From the NCBI GenBank assembly GCA_028690885.1, contig JAQVAJ010000001.1:1-37481 (forward strand): DNA of 37,481 nucleotides, read 5' to 3'. Every line of letters starts with the position of its first letter. Position 1 is the first letter of the stretch. The stretch comes from Clostridia bacterium. GTDB taxonomy: Bacteria; Bacillota; Clostridia; DUPQ01. The notes below the pieces were generated by a model that saw only the letters and a program-made list of their open reading frames with translations, was not told where the DNA came from and ran no database searches. Both the position numbers and the translations under genes were made by a program. Below, piece by piece: positions 28,712-37,424 of the stretch.

Positions 28712-29704
28712 ATGAAAAAGAAAATAGCTTTCTTCTTAACAGTTTTTATATTATTACTTTTATTAACAGGATGTATGTCTTTATTTCCCCAAGAAGATGA
28801 GATGCTCAGCATGCCTGTACCAACATTTGTTCAAGTTGAATACAGAACAATAAAACCTCAAAGAGGTGATATTATAAAAAGGGTTAATGTCTTAGGAACA
28901 GTAGTTGCTGATTATCATGAGTCTATTGATATGAAATTTAATGTTGATGGATATATAAATGAAATATTTGTCGAAAATGAGCAGTATGTTGAGGAAGGCG
29001 AAATAATAGCCACCCTTAAGGAACCGGACAATAAGGAAAAAATTGAACAAGAATATACTGAATCATTGAATAGTTATCTGAATATACAGGAAAATTATTC
29101 TCAAAACAGAGCTACTGAATATGATTTAAGAAAAGCAGAGATAGCATATGAACATGCAAAAGAGAAATATGATGAGCTGCTTTATTATTTAGAATCATTA
29201 CAATTAAAAGCGCTAAAATCAGGATATATAGTTTCATTAAAGGAAATGCAAGAATCCGACCTTATTGGAAAAACACTCACTGTTTGTGCAATAGCAGAAA
29301 AAATTGATAAAATGGTTCAAGCAACAACAACTACTGATAATGTATCAAAATTACCTACAGGTACAGAAGTAACACTTGTGATAAAAGATACTGAATATAA
29401 AGGATATGTATCAAACTCAAGTGGAAACACATTAAGATTTAAATTGTTTGAAGATATGACATTTATGCAAAATGGAGATATTATTGAAGTTTATTTGGTT
29501 CTAGAAACTGCATATGATGTTCTGATGGTTCCTTCAACTGTTATAACATTTACTGAAGATAATAAAGGCGATATAAGAGTTTTGTCTGATGGTGCTCCAG
29601 TAACATATAGTATTACTTTTGGTTTAAGATCGGACACACATGTAGAAATTTTTCCTGACCAGGGTATTACGGAAGATACATTGATTATAACGGGGGTTAG
29701 ATAA
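28712..29704 (+). CDS. Lipoprotein, membrane-fusion (HlyD/MacA-like periplasmic adaptor) protein 1
   Basis: Signal peptide plus lipobox (MKKKIAFFLTVFILLLLLTGC). Lipoyl-like half motifs GYINEIFVENEQYVEEGEIIATL and LKALKSGYIVSL flank a predicted coiled coil. C-terminal VLMVPSTVI ... THVEIFPDQGITEDTLIITG. The ORF track TTG at 28694 has no RBS. GAAGGA at 28700-28705 serves ATG 28712. Confidence 0.75.
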   Translation: MKKKIAFFLTVFILLLLLTGCMSLFPQEDEMLSMPVPTFVQVEYRTIKPQRGDIIKRVNVLGTVVADYHESIDMKFNVDGYINEIFVENEQYVEEGEIIATLKEPDNKEKIEQEYTESLNSYLNIQENYSQNRATEYDLRKAEIAYEHAKEKYDELLYYLESLQLKALKSGYIVSLKEMQESDLIGKTLTVCAIAEKIDKMVQATTTTDNVSKLPTGTEVTLVIKDTEYKGYVSNSSGNTLRFKLFEDMTFMQNGDIIEVYLVLETAYDVLMVPSTVITFTEDNKGDIRVLSDGAPVTYSITFGLRSDTHVEIFPDQGITEDTLIITGVR

Positions 29705-29708
29705 GAGT

Positions 29709-32540
29709 ATGCTACGTCTGATTATTAGAAAAATGTTTAATAACAAATGGATGGTAGCATGTTTGATTATAGGTTGCGCATTTGCCATTGCTGTCGCATC
29801 AGCTATACCAATGTATTCAGCTGGAATTTATGATAATCTTCTAGTAAATGAGTTTAAAAATCAACAGCAAAGGGATAATACATTTCCCTTTAGAATGTGG
29901 TACAATGCCACTTTCTTTGGGCTAGATAATTCATCGTCTAAAGTGAATTTCGATCAATTGGATAATATATTTTATGATGATTATATTAAAAACATGCCTT
30001 TGGATACAGTGTTTGAGTATAAAAACACCACTACAAAAGTATATTCTGTATTTGATCAGCAGAACTACCTTCTTAAACAGCAGGCAATAGAAAAAGGAGA
30101 GACTTTATCTTATAGAAATCTCAATGTTAAAGCAGATTATTCAATAACAGCAGCCGCTAATGGTGAAAATATGGTTGTGATTGAAGCAGGAAGGATATTT
30201 GAGAAGAGTACGGAAGATGATGTGATAGAAGCTGTCATAACGCAGCGATCTGCTGCCTTGTTCAGATTATCAGTAGGAGATTACTATTATCTTTATAACC
30301 GGCCAGTTGATGAACAAGTTGCCGCGAAGATAAAAATTGTAGGTATTGCTAAAGTTAGCGAAGAAGCATCTTCATTCTTTACTCTTTCTGATAAAACATT
30401 CTTAATAAGTTTTGAAAAGATGGAGGAGCTTATATCAAATTCGAAAATTACGCTCCAACAGGCAAATTGGTTTGCAGCATTTGACTATACTAAAATAAGT
30501 ATTCTAGATACCGATTCAATACTAAGCGCTTCTGCTGTACTTAAGCAGGATTTTCAAAATTCAGGATTATTACTTTCTTCATCAAATAATTATGTGGAAT
30601 TAATAAAGACATACGAGAGTAACACCTTGGTAATGCAGAGGATTTTTCTTCTTTTAATAATACCTGTTATATTAATGATAGCTATGTATGTTGTAATGAT
30701 TTCTCAGCTTATGATGGAGAGAGAAAAATCAGAAATAGCTACACTTGAAAGCAGAGGAGCATCAAGAGGACAGATATTTAAAATATATTTTGGACAAGGT
30801 ATTATTCTGTCCTTAATTTCTCTTGTACTGGGAATTCTACTTGCAAGGGGAATATGTCGTTTATTAGGAGCTTCAAATGGGTTTATGGAATTTGTAAACA
30901 GAACCGCAATTGATGCAAAATTCAGTATGACTTCCTTTATTTATGCGCTTATTTGCTGTCTTATTTACATGATTATGATTTTAATACCTGCGTATAAAGC
31001 CTCAAAATATTCAATAGTACAGCATAAGCAAAATATTGCCAATGGTTCAAAAAAATCATTCTGGCAAGTTATTTTTCTAGATTTGATCTTGTTAGCGATC
31101 TCCATTTACTTCTTGTATTCATATAACGAGATTAGTGATTATCTTAAAAATTCAGAACAGTCATTCATTGATTTTACATTATTCATAGCTGTCACATTAT
31201 TTGTAATGGGATTAGGTTTATTGTTTATAAGACTATTTCCTTATCTCATTAAATTTATATTTTTTATTGGAAAAAGATTATGGAGACCTGCATCATATAC
31301 TGCCTTTACTCATGTTGCCAGAGGAGGTAACTATAAGCAGTTTATTATGATTTTCTTGATACTAGCAATTAGTATCGGTATATTTAATGCGAACACCGGT
31401 AGAACCATAAACGATAACATTGAAGACAATATAAGATACAGAATAGGCGCGGATGCATTAGTAATAACTGGAAAAGAGCATTTCGATCCAGTTACAGGCA
31501 CAACAAGGATAATTGAAGATTCGGGTAGAGAACTGGAAATTATGGCTGATAAAATATGCGAATCTGAATATGTTGATAATTATTGTGTTATATATCAAAG
31601 CAATATGGAATTAACACAATCTCAATCACAGATACCAACAGAATTTATAGGAATAAACCCATATACATTCGGTAAAACTACAAGTTTACGCAATGATTTG
31701 AATGGTGGATTCCATCTAAACTATTATCTAAATTTATTATCTACTTATCCACAAGGTGTAATTATTTCGAAAAAGTTAGCCGATGAATATGAAGTAACTC
31801 AAGGAGATTATTTTAATTATGAGTACTCTGCCTTTTCAGAACAGATATTTATGGAAAATATTTTGGTAGTCGGAATAGTTGATTATTGGCCAGGTATAAT
31901 AGGGGATAGTTTCATTGTTTTAACAGAAGATAGTTATATTACAATGAAATATATTTCGATGAGAGGAAAAATTCTTCTTGACAAAAAGGACGGATATCTC
32001 GATAGTATACTGTTGGAAGATTTAAAAACCTATTTAGGTCATGGTGAATATATTTATAGTAGCGCATTTACTGATTACGAGCTGACACTTGAAAAGAAAA
32101 ATTCAATTCTAAACGGCATGAATGGAATATTAACATTAGATTTTCTTATATCCATGATAATCTGCTGCGTAGGATTTATAATTTTCTGGATTATATCTGT
32201 TAGACAAAGAGTCCTTCAATTTGGTATATTCCGTGCTATGGGAATGAAGAAAAGTGAGTTATATAGAATGATTTTCTTTGAGCAGCTTATGGTATCTTTT
32301 GTATCAGTTATAATGGGTATTGTTATAGGAGGGTTGACTACTCAGTTATTCTTACCACTGATAGAAAGACTATTTAAATTAGGTGAACTTGTAGTTCCAT
32401 TTACAGCATATCAAGATGGAATAGATTATATAAGAATTTATGTAATAACAGGGTTATCTTTAATAGTAGGATTATCAGTACTTCTAAGGTTTATATCCAA
32501 ATTGAAGATAGATCAAGCATTGAAGTTAGGGGAGGATTAA
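29709..32540 (+). CDS. Fused MacB/FtsX-type ABC transporter permease (two FtsX repeats, about 10 TM helices, two large extracytoplasmic domains)
   Basis: 943 aa. TM1 is followed by a hydrophilic domain of about 270 aa and then 3 TM helices. Two linker TM helices follow. TM7 is followed by a hydrophilic domain of about 230 aa and then 3 TM helices. This is a 4+2+4 layout like YbbP-type fused FtsX permeases. Confidence 0.85.
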   Translation: MLRLIIRKMFNNKWMVACLIIGCAFAIAVASAIPMYSAGIYDNLLVNEFKNQQQRDNTFPFRMWYNATFFGLDNSSSKVNFDQLDNIFYDDYIKNMPLDTVFEYKNTTTKVYSVFDQQNYLLKQQAIEKGETLSYRNLNVKADYSITAAANGENMVVIEAGRIFEKSTEDDVIEAVITQRSAALFRLSVGDYYYLYNRPVDEQVAAKIKIVGIAKVSEEASSFFTLSDKTFLISFEKMEELISNSKITLQQANWFAAFDYTKISILDTDSILSASAVLKQDFQNSGLLLSSSNNYVELIKTYESNTLVMQRIFLLLIIPVILMIAMYVVMISQLMMEREKSEIATLESRGASRGQIFKIYFGQGIILSLISLVLGILLARGICRLLGASNGFMEFVNRTAIDAKFSMTSFIYALICCLIYMIMILIPAYKASKYSIVQHKQNIANGSKKSFWQVIFLDLILLAISIYFLYSYNEISDYLKNSEQSFIDFTLFIAVTLFVMGLGLLFIRLFPYLIKFIFFIGKRLWRPASYTAFTHVARGGNYKQFIMIFLILAISIGIFNANTGRTINDNIEDNIRYRIGADALVITGKEHFDPVTGTTRIIEDSGRELEIMADKICESEYVDNYCVIYQSNMELTQSQSQIPTEFIGINPYTFGKTTSLRNDLNGGFHLNYYLNLLSTYPQGVIISKKLADEYEVTQGDYFNYEYSAFSEQIFMENILVVGIVDYWPGIIGDSFIVLTEDSYITMKYISMRGKILLDKKDGYLDSILLEDLKTYLGHGEYIYSSAFTDYELTLEKKNSILNGMNGILTLDFLISMIICCVGFIIFWIISVRQRVLQFGIFRAMGMKKSELYRMIFFEQLMVSFVSVIMGIVIGGLTTQLFLPLIERLFKLGELVVPFTAYQDGIDYIRIYVITGLSLIVGLSVLLRFISKLKIDQALKLGED

Positions 32541-32541
32541 T

Positions 32542-33213
32542 ATGTCTGAATTGATAAAAGCAACTAAAATCTGCCGCGACTTCAAACAGGGAAGCAATAT
32601 AATACATGCATTATCTGATGTAAACATTTCAATAAATTCTAAAACGCTAACGATGCTTGCTGGTCGTTCCGGTTCAGGTAAGACTACCTTGATGAATATA
32701 GCAGGTGCACTCGATAGGCCTACTTCAGGAAAAATATATTTCGACAGTATCGATTTAACAGATTTAAGTGAAAGTAAGAAAGATGATATAAGAAGGAAGA
32801 ATATTGGGTTTGTTTTTCAGTCAGTCGCATTAATTTCTGTTTTAAATGCATATGAGAATGTAGAATTCGGTTTAAGAATGGCAGGTGTTAATCCAAAATA
32901 TTGGGACGACTTAGTAAGAGAATCACTTAAATTCGTTGGATTGGAAAAAAGAATGAAGCATAAGCCTCATCAGTTATCAGGCGGAGAACAGCAAAGGGTT
33001 GCTATAGCCAGAGCTATTGTCTCCAGACCAAAACTTATTTTTGCAGATGAACCTACAGCTGAACTGGATACCAAGTCAGGTTTGAAAATTGTAAATCTTT
33101 TCAGACATCTTGTTGATGAAGAAAATATGACAATAGTTATGACAACGCATGATCCGAGCATGATTGAGCTTTCTGATGATGTAATAAAACTGGAAGATGG
33201 GAGGGTTATATGA
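32542..33213 (+). CDS. ABC transporter ATP-binding protein (MacB/LolD-type NBD), copy 1
   Basis: Walker A GRSGSGKTT, Q-loop FVFQS, signature LSGGEQQRVAIARA, Walker B LIFADEPT, H-loop TTHD. GGGGAGGA RBS. Confidence 0.93.
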   Translation: MSELIKATKICRDFKQGSNIIHALSDVNISINSKTLTMLAGRSGSGKTTLMNIAGALDRPTSGKIYFDSIDLTDLSESKKDDIRRKNIGFVFQSVALISVLNAYENVEFGLRMAGVNPKYWDDLVRESLKFVGLEKRMKHKPHQLSGGEQQRVAIARAIVSRPKLIFADEPTAELDTKSGLKIVNLFRHLVDEENMTIVMTTHDPSMIELSDDVIKLEDGRVI

Positions 33214-34241
33214 AAATAGCTGATTTAAAAAGAAAGTTATTAACGATAATTCGTCCAAAAAAGTCAATAACTAGGGACATTACTGCAAAGAATTTTTATG
33301 GTAAGGATGATTCAGAAATACCTGGCTATACACCTGATCATATAATATTTTGTGATGGATTAGTTAAAATATATAAATCCAAAGATACTGAAGTAGTAGC
33401 ATTACAGGGTCTTGAACTGGAAATCAAAAAAGGCGAAATGATGGCTATTATAGGAAATAGTGGAAGTGGAAAGTCTACATTAATGAATTTATTAGGAGGG
33501 TTAGACAGACCATCTGCAGGAATACTAATTGTTGATGGTAAAAACCTTCTACGAATGAGGAAAAATGAAATTTTAGAATATAAAAAAAAGAAGGTAGGCT
33601 TTGTTTGGCAGAATAACGCAAGAAACCTTATACCTTATCTTCCTGCACTCCATAATGTTGAATTACCAATGCTTCTAGCAGGTAAAAAAAATGCAAGAAA
33701 AAAAGCAACAGAACTTCTTGAAATAATGGGGCTTAAGGACCGGATGCATAACCGATTATCACAATTATCAGGAGGTGAGCAGCAAAGAGTAGCAATTGCA
33801 ATTGCTATGGCGAATGATCCGGTTATCTTACTTGCTGACGAACCCACTGGAGCAGTTGATACTGCTACAGCTGAAATTATTTATAATATTTTCAGAAAAC
33901 TCAATAAAGAGTTTGCAGTTACTATAATAATTGTAACTCATGATAGAGCGGTAGCTAAAAATGTTGACAGGGTAGTTACTATAGTTGATGGACGTACTGG
34001 AAGTGAATATATCCGTAAAAAATCATATAAAGAGCAGATACAGGAATTAGACAGAATGTCAGGTGTTGAAGAATCAGAGACACATGAGGAAATGATTGTA
34101 GTTGATAGGCAGGGAAGATTGAAAATTCCAGAAGAGTATCTTGAACTTGCTAATATCCCAAATAACAGCAAAGTCAGGTTAAAAATGCAAGATGACAAGA
34201 TACTGATATATGGCAAGGATGAAAATGAAGAAGATGTTTAA
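33210..34241 (+). CDS. ABC transporter ATP-binding protein, copy 2, with an N-terminal extension of about 45 aa and a C-terminal AbrB/SpoVT-like domain
   Basis: Walker A GNSGSGKST, Q-loop FVWQN, signature LSGGEQQRVAIAIA, Walker B ILLADEPT, H-loop VTHD. The C-terminal IVVDRQGRLKIPEEYLELANIPNNSKVRLKMQDDKILI matches the swapped-hairpin pattern (compare AbrB VDELGRVVIPIELRRTLGI...IYVDDEKIIL). ATGA overlap with copy 1. Confidence 0.9.
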   Translation: MKIADLKRKLLTIIRPKKSITRDITAKNFYGKDDSEIPGYTPDHIIFCDGLVKIYKSKDTEVVALQGLELEIKKGEMMAIIGNSGSGKSTLMNLLGGLDRPSAGILIVDGKNLLRMRKNEILEYKKKKVGFVWQNNARNLIPYLPALHNVELPMLLAGKKNARKKATELLEIMGLKDRMHNRLSQLSGGEQQRVAIAIAMANDPVILLADEPTGAVDTATAEIIYNIFRKLNKEFAVTIIIVTHDRAVAKNVDRVVTIVDGRTGSEYIRKKSYKEQIQELDRMSGVEESETHEEMIVVDRQGRLKIPEEYLELANIPNNSKVRLKMQDDKILIYGKDENEEDV

Positions 34242-35334
34242 AGCGAAAAAAATACTAGTATTATTAATGTTTCTGTTATCAGTATCTGTACTATCTGGAT
34301 GTACATATTTTTATCCTGCTGAGCAAAAAATATACATACCTGAGCTCATTGAACCTGAAAAACCTGATTTACTTATAATCGAAATTCAAAAAGGTGACAT
34401 TGTTAAGGGTTACTTACTTGGTGAGGATGATCAGACTTTTTGTGAATTTGTTAATGATCCAACAAAGACTACATTTGTAAATGCTGACATTGAAGAGGCT
34501 TATGTAAAGCAGATATATGTATCTGAAGGTGATTTTGTTAAAGAAGGAGATATTCTTATTGAGTACGAGTATGAATTTGATAAGGATACTGAATTCCTAT
34601 TAAATATTGATAAAAGAAGAGCAGAATTAAAATATGAAAAAGCAGTAACACAATTAGAACAAGGTAAACTCTCATCAGAAGCTTTGGAACTTTATAGAAA
34701 TGCATACTCAACAGCAACTAGTAAATTAGATGAGTTTTACGCACTTGAGGAAAAATATACATTAAGAGCACCTTGTGACGGTACAATTGTTGAGATTGAA
34801 GGATATTCTGTTTCTTCAAATGACAAACATAATGTTACTTTCCAAATTAGTAACATAGAAGATGGAATCATTATTATTTATGCTGACAGTAACAATGATG
34901 TTGCCGCCTTTCCTTTGTACATTTTTTCTAAAGGTTCAAAAGCAAGAATTTCAAATGAAGAACTCGGAATCGAAGCAAATGCATATGTTAAATACAATAA
35001 CACCGATTTTAAGAAAAACTATGAAGGGTATTTAGATACAATACACGGAAGTAATATGGTTTACATGGAGCTGGAGTTTGAAGAAAGCAGTTTTCCAGAA
35101 TCAATTAATTTCAATCAAACATTTACAGTATCACTTATACAAAAAGAAATTTATGATGTTGTATTAGTACCAAGAAGTGCTGTTGAAGAAACTGCATGGG
35201 ATCAGTATTATGTATATAAGCTAAACGAGAATAATGACTTAGAAAAAGTAATAATTGAAATTGGTGAAAACAATGAAAATTACTACGAGGTTAAAGAGGG
35301 ACTGGAAGAAGGAGATAAGGTGTTAATACGATGA
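34210..35334 (+). CDS. Lipoprotein, membrane-fusion (HlyD/MacA-like) adaptor protein 2
   Basis: Lipobox LSVSVLSGC. Lipoyl-like motifs VKQIYVSEGDFVKEGDILIEY and LRAPCDGTIVEIEG flank a coiled coil. C-terminal VVLVPRSAV ... YYEVKEGLEEGDKVLI. The start is ambiguous among ATGs at 34210, 34219, 34225 and 34234. ATG 34225 is best placed after AAGGA (34215-34219). The gene overlaps the end of ATPase 2. Confidence 0.75.
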   Translation: MARMKMKKMFKAKKILVLLMFLLSVSVLSGCTYFYPAEQKIYIPELIEPEKPDLLIIEIQKGDIVKGYLLGEDDQTFCEFVNDPTKTTFVNADIEEAYVKQIYVSEGDFVKEGDILIEYEYEFDKDTEFLLNIDKRRAELKYEKAVTQLEQGKLSSEALELYRNAYSTATSKLDEFYALEEKYTLRAPCDGTIVEIEGYSVSSNDKHNVTFQISNIEDGIIIIYADSNNDVAAFPLYIFSKGSKARISNEELGIEANAYVKYNNTDFKKNYEGYLDTIHGSNMVYMELEFEESSFPESINFNQTFTVSLIQKEIYDVVLVPRSAVEETAWDQYYVYKLNENNDLEKVIIEIGENNENYYEVKEGLEEGDKVLIR

Positions 35335-36431
35335 GAAATATTAAAATCACAAAAATAATACGAATTTTCATCATATTATTTGCTACATTAATGTTGTCTT
35401 CCTGTGTAAATAAGGTTAAACCATATGATATACCTGTATTTAATATTCGTAATGAGATATATGAAACAGTTGAATTAAAAAAACAGAGTGTTCATGATTT
35501 TGTACAATTTAAACTTGTGCTCGACACTCTTTCTGGAACTAGATTTTCTTTCGATTATTCACAACAGGAGCAATGTGAGATTATTATTGATGAATCAGGC
35601 ATTTATGTAAAAGAAAATGATGTATTAGCTATAAAACACTCTAAAGAATTACAGAATGAGTTAAGGCTTAAAAATGAGAATCTTGAACTTAAGCAGTTAT
35701 ATTATAATCAATTATACGAAAAATATATAAACTCTAGTCAAGGATATATTGATGTTCTGCTTGCAGAACTGGATGTTCAAGAAGCAGAATATTCTGTTGA
35801 AAAAACTTTAGATAAAATCGAAGACCTTAAGGTTAGAGCACCAAAGGATGGTGTAATTGAAAAGGTTGTTGAAACATACACAAATGTGACCGATGAATTT
35901 GGGAATGTCAGCAAAGTATTTACTGTTACTTACACATATGAGATTGATAATTATGTTATGAGATTGAATATTAACAATCAAGATGCAGTAACAAGTATTC
36001 TCAACAGAATATGGGAAGGCGAATATCCAATTATTCAGATATATGATGTTAATGGAGTATATTATGATACAAAAGTAAAGGATGTTTCTGTTTCTGGTTT
36101 TTATAATTACAGAACAGCAAGTTACGACAGAGCACTAACTGTGCTGCTAGAGTTTGTAAAACAAGAAGGAGTTGATTATTCATCAGTAGTAAGGTATGCA
36201 CTTTATTATGACCAGATACTAAAAGAACTTGATGATGCAATTGTAATTAATACAGATTGTGTGTATGGCGGGACAGATGATTTAAAATATGTGTATATTC
36301 TTGTTGATGGAAAAAAGATGACTAGATATGTAACTTTGGGAAATGAAGTATATAATTCAACGTCAGTAATTGTACTCGATGGATTATCTGAAGGAGACTT
36401 GCTGATAACAGATATTACACTTGAGCAGTAG
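35331..36431 (+). CDS. Lipoprotein, membrane-fusion (HlyD/MacA-like) adaptor protein 3
   Basis: Lipobox ATLMLSSC. Motifs GIYVKENDVLAI and LKVRAPKDGVIEKVV flank a coiled coil (ELRLKNENLELKQLYYNQLYEKY). C-terminal VTLGNEVYNSTSVIVLDGLSEGDLLIT. ATGA overlap with adaptor 2. Confidence 0.7.
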   Translation: MRNIKITKIIRIFIILFATLMLSSCVNKVKPYDIPVFNIRNEIYETVELKKQSVHDFVQFKLVLDTLSGTRFSFDYSQQEQCEIIIDESGIYVKENDVLAIKHSKELQNELRLKNENLELKQLYYNQLYEKYINSSQGYIDVLLAELDVQEAEYSVEKTLDKIEDLKVRAPKDGVIEKVVETYTNVTDEFGNVSKVFTVTYTYEIDNYVMRLNINNQDAVTSILNRIWEGEYPIIQIYDVNGVYYDTKVKDVSVSGFYNYRTASYDRALTVLLEFVKQEGVDYSSVVRYALYYDQILKELDDAIVINTDCVYGGTDDLKYVYILVDGKKMTRYVTLGNEVYNSTSVIVLDGLSEGDLLITDITLEQ

Positions 36432-36433
36432 AG

Positions 36434-37336
36434 TTACTCCAAAGACATGCAAAAGTCAATAATCGTTTCTTCGTCTTCGTATAAATAGTCGGGAACTATT
36501 CCTATAGAATGTATCGAGTTCTGATTAGGTGTGAGTACTAAAAATGTTGTTGCTTTAACATGAAATCCATTTTTTATGCTATATGTAGTCTGACCAATAC
36601 CTTTACCGAAAGATTTAACACCTACAGTAATTACATTATTAAGATTTTCCTTAAGTGCATTAATAAATATTTCTGAAGCAGAGGCAGTATTATTATTTTG
36701 AAGGATAATAATTTTCTGAAAATCTAATATTTTATTAGATTTGACAATAGCAGGTTCCAGTTTGTCTCTGTATTTAATTATATATGAAATATCATCAGGA
36801 TTAAGAAAATATGAGGATAATTCATATGCCTCATCAAGACCACCTCCTGTATTGTCTCTTAAGTCAATAATAATTCTGCTGTAGTCATTAATTGTTTTTA
36901 CAGATTTTTTGAAAATATCCATGCTTTCATCGGAGAAATTCGTATATTTAAGAAGTATCGCATTTTCATTTAATAATTCAGTATGTGTCATATTAGCTTT
37001 TTCAGAACGATTTTCAATATATGAACTATACTGAGATGGAGTATACTGATAGGTATAAGGATCATTTCCTGTAGTTTTTATTTTTTCAGAAATAAGACTG
37101 ATAGCAATATTATCAAAATACTTGTAGTATTCTTTTTCAGATTTTATATCTACTGATAATGTATCTTTATACATTTTGTCTAAAGTATCAGTAAATATGT
37201 AGTCCTTGCTAATAAAAAACTTGAAGAATATGTAGTCATAGTTCATCCATATTACACTAGCCATAGCAATGACAATAATACACAATCCTATTACTATTCC
37301 TATTAATATATTATTCTTTAACTGATACTTTTTCAT
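36434..37336 (-). CDS. Membrane-anchored S41-family serine peptidase (C-terminal-processing-protease-like, apparently without a PDZ domain)
   Basis: N-terminal TM helix (ILIGIVIGLCIIVIAMASVIW). S41 motifs IIDLRDNTGGG, NNTASASEIFINAL (Ser nucleophile region) and KSFGKGIGQT (Lys region). Only 300 aa. RBS AAGAGG lies upstream on the minus strand. Confidence 0.85.
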   Translation of the reverse strand: MKKYQLKNNILIGIVIGLCIIVIAMASVIWMNYDYIFFKFFISKDYIFTDTLDKMYKDTLSVDIKSEKEYYKYFDNIAISLISEKIKTTGNDPYTYQYTPSQYSSYIENRSEKANMTHTELLNENAILLKYTNFSDESMDIFKKSVKTINDYSRIIIDLRDNTGGGLDEAYELSSYFLNPDDISYIIKYRDKLEPAIVKSNKILDFQKIIILQNNNTASASEIFINALKENLNNVITVGVKSFGKGIGQTTYSIKNGFHVKATTFLVLTPNQNSIHSIGIVPDYLYEDEETIIDFCMSLE

Positions 37337-37381
37337 TCTTTACCTCTTTGTTCATCTTATTTCAATAATTATTTGTTATAT

Positions 37382-37410
37382 TATATATCAGCCTAAGTAG
37401 AAAGAATCAA
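37382..37410 (-). promoter_or_regulatory. Putative promoter of the S41 peptidase gene (minus strand)
   Basis: Read on the minus strand: TTGATT (37410-37405), 17-nt spacer ending in TGA, TATATA (37387-37382). Confidence 0.4.
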
Positions 37411-37424
37411 ATTGCAGATAAATA

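Noticed and set aside
28630-28812. Small ORFs in the spacer before the ABC operon, considered as a possible bacteriocin or peptide substrate. One is a minus-strand 60-aa ORF. The other is a + strand 13-codon ORF (ATG at 28634, MVFITILLKCFII).
   Set aside because: Neither has an RBS. The 13-aa ORF has no leader or double-glycine motif and overlaps a probable -10 element (TATAAT, 28666-28671). The 60-aa ORF is antisense to the adaptor 1 signal-peptide region. Such ORFs are expected by chance in AT-rich spacers.
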